A stretch of DNA of 64,000 nt from the NCBI GenBank assembly GCA_050253335.1, contig JBFWJG010000004.1:1-64000 (forward strand). The letters are read 5' to 3'. Positions 47,669-57,077 of this stretch are shown here, one piece after another. Each line of letters opens with the position of its first letter. The stretch's first letter is position 1. The translations under genes and the position numbers were made by a program. The DNA is from Deferribacterales bacterium (GTDB lineage Bacteria; Chrysiogenota; Deferribacteres; Deferribacterales; Geovibrionaceae). The notes below the pieces were generated by a model, which saw only the letters and a list, made by a program, of their open reading frames with translations, was not told where the DNA came from and did not search any database.

Positions 47669-47713
47669 CCAAATTAAACCAATTTATGATCTTATCGATC
47701 CAATCCATGCCAA
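47669..47713 (-). promoter_or_regulatory. Putative MraZ-binding repeats
   Basis: TTGG (CCAA on + at 47669, 47679, 47700, 47710) with ~10-bp phasing directly upstream of mraZ. Confidence 0.45.
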
Positions 47714-47934
47714 ACTTTAGCAGAACCATATATAAGCGTCAAGGGAAATTAAAAAAACTTTATTGTCTGAAAGCCTGTTCAATTAAGGCTTTCAGGTAAT
47801 TTTCACGTAAAGGGCGCAGGCAGACATGAAAAAAATAATCAGCAGGCAAATAAAAATAAATAAGGCGGACACGAAAGAGGAAACTTGGAAAATATGTTCA
47901 TATGGAATATGATAGACTTTATCAAAGGTGAAAA

Positions 47935-48657
47935 ATGAAGTTCAGTACAACAGATTCCATCAAGATCAACGATGCGGGCACAGACGGACACGTGCTTCCG
48001 GAGGCTCTTTTCAGGATTTTTCAGGAAGCGGCGATAAACCATTCCGACAGCGTGGGCTTCACCCACGGCAGATATTTGGGCATGAACAGGCTCTGGATGC
48101 TCCACAGGCTGGCCTACAGACTTCAGGACGGGATCAGCCTCTATGATGTTCTTAACACGGAAACATGGTCCAGAGGGATGCAGAGATTCAAGGGTTTCAG
48201 GGAGTTTGAGCTTTCAAGGGGAGGGCAGACAGTCTGCACCGCCTCTTCGGTCTGGCTGTTCATTGATACGGACAGGAAACGCCCTGCGAAGATTGAACCC
48301 GAAATTCCCGAGGCGTACAAGCCTGTTGAGGAAATGACAAACGGCACGGTTATTGAGGACTGGCAGCCTGAAACCCCTTCTGAGCATGCCGAAAGCTACG
48401 TTATTCAGACGCGCATAAGCGATTTTGACATAAACTCGCACCTGAACAACACGGTTTACTCAGCTTATGTCTTTCAGGCTTTTGCGGAAATAAACGGCGG
48501 AAAGAAAGACTTCCGTGAGTTCTGCATTGAGTTCTCCCACGAGCTTACCCTAGGCACTAAGGAAGCCCAAGTGAGGATTGAGCAGAAAGGCGGGGACTAT
48601 ATCTTTTCCGTCTCTGACGGGGCACGGACCAACGCCGCGGGCTTTTTCAGGATATAA
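47935..48657 (+). CDS. Acyl-ACP thioesterase (double hotdog)
   Basis: FQEAA..H, R.SDFD.N.H.NN..Y. Confidence 0.88.
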   Translation: MKFSTTDSIKINDAGTDGHVLPEALFRIFQEAAINHSDSVGFTHGRYLGMNRLWMLHRLAYRLQDGISLYDVLNTETWSRGMQRFKGFREFELSRGGQTVCTASSVWLFIDTDRKRPAKIEPEIPEAYKPVEEMTNGTVIEDWQPETPSEHAESYVIQTRISDFDINSHLNNTVYSAYVFQAFAEINGGKKDFREFCIEFSHELTLGTKEAQVRIEQKGGDYIFSVSDGARTNAAGFFRI

Positions 48658-48660
48658 ATT

Positions 48661-49764
48661 CTATCTGCCGAAGAGTATCTCCCTGTTGAGGGTGTACTCT
48701 TCGTTCCCGTTTTCTTTGATCAGTCCCAGTTCGCTGAGCCTTACAATGTCTCTTCTCACAGTTGTGCGGCTGACTCCGCCGTAGAGCGCGGTGAATTCCT
48801 TCATAAGCTGAAGCTCGCTCTGGCGGAAAGAGCCTCTCTTTTTCAGAATATCCGCAAGCCCCGCCAGACGCTCGTTTATCTCCTTCGCGTCAAGAAGCCT
48901 GCGGATGTAGCTGTCAAACATCACTTCGTTTATGGCTTCCAGACTTTTATCCTGAACCCCGCCGAGGGACGAGCTGACTAAACCGCACACCATGTTTATG
49001 TATTCGCCCGGGTCGCCTGATGCGGTGAATCTTTCGAGAACGGGATGGTAATCCTTTGAATCCCTCTGGAACACGCTGAGCAGAAAGGGGATGTATCCCG
49101 CGCCCGCTGCTTTGTAAATGAAGCTTTCGGTGAGCCTCGCCAGTGTTTCGGATGAGCCAGGGAAAGGGTAGATGCGGATCAGGCTGAGGTGGGCGAGCGA
49201 TGCTCTTGTGATTACTCCGAGGGAGATTATCTCCGGCGAATTTATCCACTCCACAAACGACTTCATAAGGAGGTTTACATCAAGCTTGGTCTCAGGCGGA
49301 CTGTAGGGTTTTGTGAACTGTTTTTCAAAAGCGCTCACGGGATGGTTCCGGTAGTTGGCGGGTTCGGCGCTGAGCCTTTTTTCAAGCACGGAGTTGAGAC
49401 CGGTTATGAACTTTTCATCAACTGAGAAGTTTTCACACTTCTCCTGAGCCGCTAGAGCCGCATAAGCCCTTCCCAGATTAAAAAGCCTGACGGCTCTGGA
49501 ATCCTCGCCGAAGAGTGATTCATCGCTGTTTACAATGCTCATTGTCTCAGAAACGTTTAAAGTGTTTCCGGCAAGTTCGGAAGCGGCGTAAAGGGAGCGC
49601 TGCTCAAGGTTAAGAAATTCCTCCCCCAGCATATCGGGGAAAACGGGCAGCCTGCCCGCAAGGAAAAGGATTCCCTCCGCCTCGGCAAGTTTTGTTCTGT
49701 TAACTGAGCCTTCGGAGTTAAATATAAATCTGCCTGCGTGAAATGTGCTGACTTCTTTGTTCAT
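48661..49764 (-). CDS. Fic-fold protein with degenerate active site and C-terminal HTH
   Basis: GNTL, YR, AHL....IYPFPGSSETLAR in place of HPFxDGNGRxxR; VSRTTVRRDI..L.ELGLI. Confidence 0.75.
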   Translation of the reverse strand: MNKEVSTFHAGRFIFNSEGSVNRTKLAEAEGILFLAGRLPVFPDMLGEEFLNLEQRSLYAASELAGNTLNVSETMSIVNSDESLFGEDSRAVRLFNLGRAYAALAAQEKCENFSVDEKFITGLNSVLEKRLSAEPANYRNHPVSAFEKQFTKPYSPPETKLDVNLLMKSFVEWINSPEIISLGVITRASLAHLSLIRIYPFPGSSETLARLTESFIYKAAGAGYIPFLLSVFQRDSKDYHPVLERFTASGDPGEYINMVCGLVSSSLGGVQDKSLEAINEVMFDSYIRRLLDAKEINERLAGLADILKKRGSFRQSELQLMKEFTALYGGVSRTTVRRDIVRLSELGLIKENGNEEYTLNREILFGR

Positions 49765-49796
49765 TGAGCTACCTGCCGAAAATTTAAGGGAATGAT

Positions 49797-50579
49797 TCAG
49801 ATATTTTTTTCCGCCGCTTTTGCCTCGTTCCAGAGGGCGTCCATCTCTTCCAGAGAGGAATCCTCATAGGAAAGGCCTTTTTCGGCAAGCTTTCTGCCTA
49901 TGTATTCAAACCTTGCGGTAAATCTTTTATTGCATTTTCTCAGCGCCTCGTCCGGATTAACGTCCAGAAAACGGGAAACGTTCACAAGGGCGAACAGCAT
50001 GTCGCCCAGTTCATGCTCGATGTGTTCTCTGTCCGCCTCTCTGACAGCTTCTTCGAACTCGGCGAACTCCTCACGGACTTTCTCCATGCAGTCTTTGAGT
50101 TCCGGCCAGTCGAATCCGGCCTTGCGCGCCTTTTTCTGAAGCTTTTCCGCCCTGCGCAGAGAAGGATAGGAAACCGGTATGCCGTCAAAAAAAGCTCTGG
50201 GGGCGTTTTTCTTTTCCTCCGCCTTTATCCTGTCCCAGTTCACAATGACTTCGTCGGTTCCGTTGACTGTCTCTGTTCCGAATACGTGCGGGTGGCGCCT
50301 TATGAGTTTGCTGTTAATCTCCTGAAGCACATCGTCTATGCTGAACTTATCTTCATCCTCAGCCATGACCGAATGAAACACAACATGGAAAACGACATCC
50401 CCCAGTTCCTCGCGGATGTTTTCCGTGTCTTTGTTGTCAAGTGCGTCCAGAAGCTCGTAGGCTTCCTCTATGAAGTGCTCTTTTATGGAATACAGGTTCT
50501 GTTCCCTGTCCCACGGGCAGCCCTCGGGGCTTCTGAGTTTGCGGACTGTTTCCACAAGTCTGTCAAAGTTTAAGCTCAT
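49797..50579 (-). CDS. mazG: Nucleoside triphosphate pyrophosphohydrolase MazG
   Basis: GCPWDREQ, EEAYE, EELGD, RRHPHVF, GFDW. Confidence 0.97.
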   Translation of the reverse strand: MSLNFDRLVETVRKLRSPEGCPWDREQNLYSIKEHFIEEAYELLDALDNKDTENIREELGDVVFHVVFHSVMAEDEDKFSIDDVLQEINSKLIRRHPHVFGTETVNGTDEVIVNWDRIKAEEKKNAPRAFFDGIPVSYPSLRRAEKLQKKARKAGFDWPELKDCMEKVREEFAEFEEAVREADREHIEHELGDMLFALVNVSRFLDVNPDEALRKCNKRFTARFEYIGRKLAEKGLSYEDSSLEEMDALWNEAKAAEKNI

Positions 50580-50871
50580 AAAATAACTGCTCCGTCTGCC
50601 AGAAAATCACTGAAAATATAATATCAGATACTAAATCAGGGGATGTTAAAAATCAACGGAATAAGATGATGCGTCTCCTGTTTACGGTGTTTCACCAGAT
50701 GTTAAAACTTTCTTTTTTTATTGATGCAGACCGCAGTCCGCAGGCTGTTCTGAGGAGTACAGGCGTTTAATAATGCTTTCAGGATGTATAAATAGCTTGA
50801 AACCCCTCAAACTAAAGTCAATACTAACTAAAGACAAAAACAAAACATAATTTTTCATTTAAAGGTCGCTT

Positions 50872-53800
50872 ATGGGTTTTATTTCAGGCAACAGGATTTT
50901 CCTGCTGGTGTCTGCTGTGGCTGTTGCGGTTATCACGCTGATAATGACTGATTATCTGCGTGTGAGGAAAATTGAGCCGGACATGGAAGAGTTCAGCCGC
51001 TCAAGGAATATCCTCAGAGCTTCGGCATTGGTGGCGGAAGGGAGCGGGGCATACCAGAAGGCATATCTGCAGAAGGACTTCGCCTCGCTTGACAAGGCTG
51101 TCAAAAGCTTTGACAACGCACTTTATTATCTGAAATACGCAGGAGAAGACATAAGCGGATGCATGGACTCCGTTAAATCCGGTCTGGAGTCGTATCTGGG
51201 CAGTTTTTACGGAGGTGCGGATCTGCTCACTGAGGAGTTTGCCTCTGATATAGGCCGCTTTTCCTCATTCTCCTCCAGATGCATGGAACAGGCAGAAACC
51301 GCCGGATGGTCGGGCATCGCCTCATACATGGCGGACATAAAAACCGAACACAGAAGGGCGGACAGGCTGATGATCGCCTTTTCATTCGTCATAAGCTTCC
51401 TTTTCATATCTCTTCTCTGGCTTTATACCGCCAATTCAAAAAATCTCGGGAAACTCAGGAAGGAGCGCACTTTTAAATACCGCCTTCTTGACATGCTTCC
51501 CACAATGGTGAGCGTGACCGACGGCAGAAGAATGATCACCTGCAACAAGCGCGTTCTGGATTTTCTGAACTTTGCCTCCGTGGAGGACTTTCAGAAAAAG
51601 CATGACTGTCTCTGCGAGTTTTTTCTGAACGAACCCGGCTACATCTTTCACAGAGAGGACGACCCGTGGCTTAATCAGGTCTACAGAAACGATGAGAACG
51701 GGCATGAGAGCAAGGTGAAGATGAGAGACACCGCCACAGGAAAAAGCAGGGTGCTCCTGATCAATCACAGCTCTTTTGATCCTTCCGAGGGCACGCTGGC
51801 TATAACTTTCACTGACATCACAGAGATTGAGCGGATGCGTCTGTACCTGAAGGAGAGTGAAAATAAGTTCAGGGTGCTTTTCAACGGGCACAGCGCCGTG
51901 ATGCTTCTCATTGATCCTGAAACCAAACTAATCAGGGACGCGAACGCGGCGGCGGTTAATTTTTACGGTTACAGCCTTGAAAGACTCAAAAATATGCATA
52001 TATGCGATATCAATATAGATCCAAAAGCTGAGTGCCGCATGTCCGAGGCGCTCAGGGGTGAGCGGAACTCCTTTGAATTCCGCCACATGCTCAGCGGCGG
52101 GGAGATAAAGGATGTGAGCGTTTTTTCCAGCCCGGTGAACATAGAGGGGAGAGAGTATCTTTTCTCAATCATCACGGATATTTCAGACAGAAAACTTGTG
52201 GAAAGGGAGCTTGAACAGCAGACCGAGCTTCTTCGCGCTGTGCTGAAAAACGCTCCGGTGTGGATCTGGTTTGTCTCCGGAGACGGCAGTCTTAAAATCG
52301 CGAATGACGCTTTCTGCGGTGCAACGGGGATAGGCGAGAGCGAGGTCTGCGGGCTCCGCCGTTATTATGAAAAAATGCCTGCGGGCTTTGAACAGCTCAC
52401 AGAGGATGACATGGATACCCTGCTTAATTCCGGCTTCTCTGTCAGGGAGTGCGGGGTTCAGCTTTCAGACGGCAGCAGGCTTTATCTGAATGTGACAAAA
52501 GTCCGTGTCAAGTGTCCGTCAGGGCTCAACAGCGGGCTGATCTGCATAGCCACCGACATGACGGAGCAGAAAAGTCTGGAAAAAGAGCTCAGGCGGATAA
52601 ACGAATATCTGGCGGAGTCGGTGGAAAAAGAGCTTGCCGTGCGCTTGGGCAACGAAATGAAGCTCAAGGGCGTTTTCAACAGTATAAACGATGCGATGAT
52701 TATCTTCGCGGTGAATAAGGACGGAGCCCCCGGCAGGATTATCGACGTAAACAACAGGCTTCTTCAGCTTACAGGCCGCTCCCGCCACGAAGTGCACACA
52801 ATGCATCCGGACGAGCTTTATGAAGCTCAGGAACTTGCGGCAGGAATGGACATAGGGCGTCTGGTTTCCGAAGGCAAGCATTTCATTTATGAAAGCAGGC
52901 TGAAAAAGGCTTCCGGAGGCTTTGTAACCGTTGAGGTGAGCAGTTCATATGTGGAGATAAACGGCACTCCGCTGTGCATTGTCTCCATGAGGGATATCGA
53001 CAGTCTGATCAGGCTCGAGAAGGAGAAAAAGGACAGCGAAACCCTCACGGAAGCTACTTTCAACGCTGCCGGAGTCGGTATCTGTCTCAGTGATGACACG
53101 GGAGTTTTGTGCAAAGTGAACAACACCTTCGCCAATATGCACGAATATTCCGCCGAAGAGCTCACAGGAGCGCACTATTCCATGCTTGTTTCCGTGAAAT
53201 GCAGGGAAAAGGTGGTTGGCGAGATAGCGGAATTTGCCAAAGGAGCAGCGGGGCATTTCAGCAGCGAGCATGTTGATGTGACATCCTCGGGCAGGGAAAT
53301 ACTTGTTTCGGTTTATGTCACAAAAATCAGGCTGGGCGAAAAAATAATGTTTGTTACCAGTGTTCAGGACATAACCGGATTAAAACGCCTCGAGGAGATA
53401 CGCGAGGTGCAGGAGCAGATGCTTATTCAGCAGTCCAAGATGGCCGCTATGGGAGAGATGATAGGCGTCATAGCCCACCAGTGGAAGCAGCCGCTGAATG
53501 TTATATATATTATGGCTCAGTATCTGTCCGAACTTACGGACGGCAGTGACGAGGAAAAGGAAAAAGAGCTTCCCGAAATATCCGAAGGGATAATGAAGCA
53601 GGTTGAGTTTATGAACGAGACCATGAACAACTTCCGCAGTTTCTTCAAGCCCGGGAAAGAGCCCGAGATTTTCGGCATCGAACCTGCGGTGGAGGAGATT
53701 GTGGAGATGCTCACCCCTCAGCTCCGCCAGAGTGATATAAATGTGAAAGTCCTTATCGACGGCGAGCACAGTGTAAGAGGCTTCAGAAATGAGTTCAAGC

Positions 53801-54144
53801 AGGTGATCATGAACATAATCTCAAACGCCAGAGATGCCGTTATTCAGCGCAGAGAGACAGACGGAGAATTTTTCAGCGGGAAGATAAACATTGATATAAG
53901 AAGAGACGAGGATAATATCGCCCTCACTGTATGCGACAACGGAGGCGGCATCCACGGCGATATACTTGATGAACTGTTCAAGCCTTATGTTACCACGAAA
54001 GGCGACAAGGGGACGGGAATAGGCCTCAGCACCGCAAAGACAATCATAGAGGAGAAGATGGACGGAACCATAACCGCCTATAATACCGGAAAAGGAGCCT
54101 GTTTCACCGTTTATCTGCCTGAATACTGCGAAAGGCAGGCCTGA
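50872..54144 (+). CDS. Membrane multi-PAS sensor histidine kinase
   Basis: Two TM, about five PAS/PAC units, IAHQWKQPLN, DNGGGI, GTGIGL. Confidence 0.93.
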   Translation: MGFISGNRIFLLVSAVAVAVITLIMTDYLRVRKIEPDMEEFSRSRNILRASALVAEGSGAYQKAYLQKDFASLDKAVKSFDNALYYLKYAGEDISGCMDSVKSGLESYLGSFYGGADLLTEEFASDIGRFSSFSSRCMEQAETAGWSGIASYMADIKTEHRRADRLMIAFSFVISFLFISLLWLYTANSKNLGKLRKERTFKYRLLDMLPTMVSVTDGRRMITCNKRVLDFLNFASVEDFQKKHDCLCEFFLNEPGYIFHREDDPWLNQVYRNDENGHESKVKMRDTATGKSRVLLINHSSFDPSEGTLAITFTDITEIERMRLYLKESENKFRVLFNGHSAVMLLIDPETKLIRDANAAAVNFYGYSLERLKNMHICDINIDPKAECRMSEALRGERNSFEFRHMLSGGEIKDVSVFSSPVNIEGREYLFSIITDISDRKLVERELEQQTELLRAVLKNAPVWIWFVSGDGSLKIANDAFCGATGIGESEVCGLRRYYEKMPAGFEQLTEDDMDTLLNSGFSVRECGVQLSDGSRLYLNVTKVRVKCPSGLNSGLICIATDMTEQKSLEKELRRINEYLAESVEKELAVRLGNEMKLKGVFNSINDAMIIFAVNKDGAPGRIIDVNNRLLQLTGRSRHEVHTMHPDELYEAQELAAGMDIGRLVSEGKHFIYESRLKKASGGFVTVEVSSSYVEINGTPLCIVSMRDIDSLIRLEKEKKDSETLTEATFNAAGVGICLSDDTGVLCKVNNTFANMHEYSAEELTGAHYSMLVSVKCREKVVGEIAEFAKGAAGHFSSEHVDVTSSGREILVSVYVTKIRLGEKIMFVTSVQDITGLKRLEEIREVQEQMLIQQSKMAAMGEMIGVIAHQWKQPLNVIYIMAQYLSELTDGSDEEKEKELPEISEGIMKQVEFMNETMNNFRSFFKPGKEPEIFGIEPAVEEIVEMLTPQLRQSDINVKVLIDGEHSVRGFRNEFKQVIMNIISNARDAVIQRRETDGEFFSGKINIDIRRDEDNIALTVCDNGGGIHGDILDELFKPYVTTKGDKGTGIGLSTAKTIIEEKMDGTITAYNTGKGACFTVYLPEYCERQA

Positions 54145-54148
54145 AGTA

Positions 54149-54868
54149 TTACACCGAGTTTCTGAACTCCGCAGTGAAAATCTGCAGTGTTTCCCTGAGG
54201 CGGCTGTATAGAAGTTCGTAATCTCTGGAGGCGTTTGCCCGGGCGCTTTTTTCTATCGCCTCTGCTGCTTCCGCGATGTTTTTAAGCCCCATGTTTCTGG
54301 CTGCGCCTTTGATGTAGTGCGCCTCCGCTGATACACGGGGTATATCCTTGTCTGCTACCGCCTCATGGAGATATTCCAGATGAAGTGCGGAATCCTCCAC
54401 AAATTCGCTGAGAAGTTCAGTGACTATCTCCCGTTCCAATCCGAGCTGGCTGAAAACATAGCTGATGCAGGCTTCCACGCTGTCCGTGCTTTTGCTGGCG
54501 GAGGTGCTTTCTGCCGTTTTTCTGCATCCGTTTATAATTGCTTCAATTTTGGATATATTCACCGGTTTTGATATGAAATCGGTCATCCCGCAGTTGGCAA
54601 GCTCCTCCGTCATGTTTTCGGAATCAGCCGTGAGCGCCACGATAGGCATTGTGTAGCCCAGTCTGCGTATCTCCGCCGATGCGTCCCCCCCGTTCATCAC
54701 GGGCATATTGACATCCATCAGAACAAGAGCGTAGCTTTCCTGCTGAACCATTGTCACAGCCTCACGCCCGTTGTTTGCGACATCGACCTTTGTCCCGAGC
54801 TTTTCCACAATTTTCCGCGTAATCATCTGATTAACGGGGTTGTCTTCCGCGAGAAGAATTCTCATCAT
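54149..54868 (-). CDS. Response regulator receiver plus Hpt domain protein
   Basis: ILLAEDN, MDVNMP, KP; Hpt AHYIKGAA. Confidence 0.9.
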   Translation of the reverse strand: MMRILLAEDNPVNQMITRKIVEKLGTKVDVANNGREAVTMVQQESYALVLMDVNMPVMNGGDASAEIRRLGYTMPIVALTADSENMTEELANCGMTDFISKPVNISKIEAIINGCRKTAESTSASKSTDSVEACISYVFSQLGLEREIVTELLSEFVEDSALHLEYLHEAVADKDIPRVSAEAHYIKGAARNMGLKNIAEAAEAIEKSARANASRDYELLYSRLRETLQIFTAEFRNSV

Positions 54869-54972
54869 AATCAATATTCCTTTTGAGAAAAAATGTATTT
54901 GATAATACCATAGTATAGAAAAAATTATCACCGAAAGCAATTTTTTAACGGAATCCGTGCGGAGGTGTCCGG

Positions 54973-55407
54973 TTGGAAACAAGAAAGGAAAAAGCTGTGG
55001 AAATTTTTAAGAGCGGATTTAACTGCTCTCAGGGAGTCTTTACCGCTTTCGCGGCTGATTTCGGGCTGGATGAAAAAACGGCGCTGATGCTGGGCACTCC
55101 TTTCGGCGGCGGAGTCGGCGGACGAGGGGAAACCTGCGGCGCGGTGTCCGGAGCTTATATGGTTATCGGCCTCAGGCACGGCAGAAGCGAACTGAACGAC
55201 AGCGGGGCAAAGGAGAAGGTCTACTCCCTTATGGAGGAGTTCCGCGGCAGATTTAGCGAAAGGTTCGGAACTCTTTGCTGTTCGGAGCTTGTCGGAGTTG
55301 ACATGTCCGACCACCTGATGCGCACAAAGGCAAGAGAGGACGGAAAACTCGAACGCTGTAAAGAGTTTGTCGGGTATGCCGCGGAGATTTTGGAGGATAT
55401 TCTTTGA
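54973..55407 (+). CDS. C_GCAxxG_C_C family putative redox protein
   Basis: FNCSQ, FGGG, CGAVSG, CSEL, final C; TTG start after GGAGG. Confidence 0.9.
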   Translation: METRKEKAVEIFKSGFNCSQGVFTAFAADFGLDEKTALMLGTPFGGGVGGRGETCGAVSGAYMVIGLRHGRSELNDSGAKEKVYSLMEEFRGRFSERFGTLCCSELVGVDMSDHLMRTKAREDGKLERCKEFVGYAAEILEDIL

Positions 55408-55889
55408 AAAAGTTTCTGCTCAGTTCCTGTCTCGCGGGGGAGAATGTCCGCTATGACGGCGGAAATAACAGGATAGAAAACGAGGCCTTCAGAAAGCTTG
55501 TTGATGAGGGGCGGGCTGTCCTTGTCTGTCCCGAGGTTGACGCAGGGCTTTCCGCTCCCCGCAGACCCTGCGAAATTAAGGGCGAAGGCGGAGGAAAGGC
55601 TGTTCTGGAAGGCCGAGCCTGCGTTTACGGCGATGACGGGCAAAACTTCACCGAGCCCTTTGTGAAAGGAGCATACATGACACTGGAAAAGGCCCGTGAA
55701 CATGACTGCACAGCGGCTATGCTCAAGCATAGAAGCCCTTCATGCGGCTCAACCCTTATTTATGACGGCTCATTCAGCGGAGTGAAAATCAGCGGAAGAG
55801 GGGTTACGGCAGAACTCCTTGCCTCAGAGGGAATAAGGCTTTTCAGTGAGGAAACTCTGGAAGAATTTTTGCAGTATATGAAAGAGTAA
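55404..55889 (+). CDS. DUF523 / 2-thiouracil desulfurase (TudS-like) protein
   Basis: SSCL.G..VRYDG, CPEV..GL..PR, SPSCG, G.GVTA. Confidence 0.9.
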   Translation: MKKFLLSSCLAGENVRYDGGNNRIENEAFRKLVDEGRAVLVCPEVDAGLSAPRRPCEIKGEGGGKAVLEGRACVYGDDGQNFTEPFVKGAYMTLEKAREHDCTAAMLKHRSPSCGSTLIYDGSFSGVKISGRGVTAELLASEGIRLFSEETLEEFLQYMKE

Positions 55890-55893
55890 TTGC

Positions 55894-56838
55894 TTGGGCT
55901 ACATAGATATTTTAAAAACAGTAATGCCTTATTTCGGCGTATTTGCAGTGGGGTTCGTATTAAAGCGCGGTTTCGCTCTGCCCCCTCAGGCTGATAAATT
56001 CCTTTTCCGCCTGTTCATACACCTCTTCTTCCCCTGCCTTGTGGTTAACTTCATAACGGGAAACGAAAATCTGAGGGATATAAGCTCCTCTCTGTCGCTT
56101 CCTCTCTGGGGGATGCTTTCTGTGGCGTCCGGTTTTGCGGCGGCATACTTTCTGGCTCCTTTCATCGGCCTGAACGAGTCGAAAGAGAGACGCTCTTTCG
56201 CTTTTTCAACAGGTGTTTACAATTACGGCTTCTTCACTCTTCCCGTGATAATGCATCTCTTCGGCAGAGACGCGGCGGGACAGCTTCTGCTTTTTAATTT
56301 CGGAATAGATTTTATCTACTGGACAGCGGGGATAATGATTCTGACTGGTTCATACAAGGCAGGGGTCGTGAAGCTCGCCTCCAGCACGCCGGTTTACGCC
56401 CTGATACTTTCGGTCGCTTTTAATTCCCTTTTTTCTCCGGAACCTATCGGCGGCACAGCGGGAAGGGTTCTTGACGCTGTGTCTTTCCTGACTATGCCTC
56501 TTGGGCTTTTTGTCAGCGGGCTGGCTCTGGGCGAGGGGCTGAGGGGCGCAAGCCTTGCGGGAACCTTCAGAATCGGCGCGGCTGGGATACTCCTGCGTAT
56601 GGTGGGCATGGCGTTTATTTTCCTGTTGGCAGCGAAATACGCAGTGAATGACAGAGGTCTCAGGATAATTCTTGCGGCGCAGTCCGCAATGCCTGCGGGG
56701 ATGATGAACCTTGCCATGGTTAAATATTATATGGGCGAAACAAGGGTGACTTCGGCGGTGATAGTTTTCACAATAGCAGCATCTCTGGTATCCATGCCTT
56801 TCTGGCTTGAATTTGCCTTCCGCTTTGTAGGGGTGTGA
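55894..56838 (+). CDS. AEC (auxin efflux carrier) family transporter
   Basis: Multi-TM; NYGF..LP, P.GLF..G, AMP motifs. Confidence 0.85.
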   Translation: MGYIDILKTVMPYFGVFAVGFVLKRGFALPPQADKFLFRLFIHLFFPCLVVNFITGNENLRDISSSLSLPLWGMLSVASGFAAAYFLAPFIGLNESKERRSFAFSTGVYNYGFFTLPVIMHLFGRDAAGQLLLFNFGIDFIYWTAGIMILTGSYKAGVVKLASSTPVYALILSVAFNSLFSPEPIGGTAGRVLDAVSFLTMPLGLFVSGLALGEGLRGASLAGTFRIGAAGILLRMVGMAFIFLLAAKYAVNDRGLRIILAAQSAMPAGMMNLAMVKYYMGETRVTSAVIVFTIAASLVSMPFWLEFAFRFVGV

Positions 56839-56860
56839 CATACTGCGTATCACGCATGGT

Positions 56861-57077
56861 AGCGCACCGTGTGAAGCGAAGCCGTGTTTATCACGGCGCG
56901 AGCGTGTGGGTAAATCAGACAGGATGTGCTGATTTAGCCTGTCATATGTTGTCTCATGGTTTGTCTGTGTCTCACGCTCCCAAGGAGGGGAGCGCACCGT
57001 GTGAAGCGAAGCCGTGTTTATCACGGCGCGAGCGTGTGGGTAAATCAGACAGGATGTACTGATTTACCCTGTCATAT
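56861..57077. repeat. Two 87-bp direct repeats (56861-56947, 56991-57077) of a structured REP-like element
   Basis: Copies differ at 2 positions; each has GCCGTG-TTTAT-CACGGC and TAAATCAG...CTGATTTA hairpins. Confidence 0.9.

Noticed and set aside
50797..50833. ACTAAAG direct repeat upstream of the large kinase as an HspR site
   Set aside because: Spacing and orientation do not fit the inverted HAIR consensus; likely AT-rich chance.
56835..57062. 75-aa ORF (and antisense 56350-57024)
   Set aside because: Translation of the non-coding repeat and the antisense of the AEC gene; no protein features.
56861..57077. CRISPR array
   Set aside because: Only two repeats, 87 bp is too long, and there are no cas genes.
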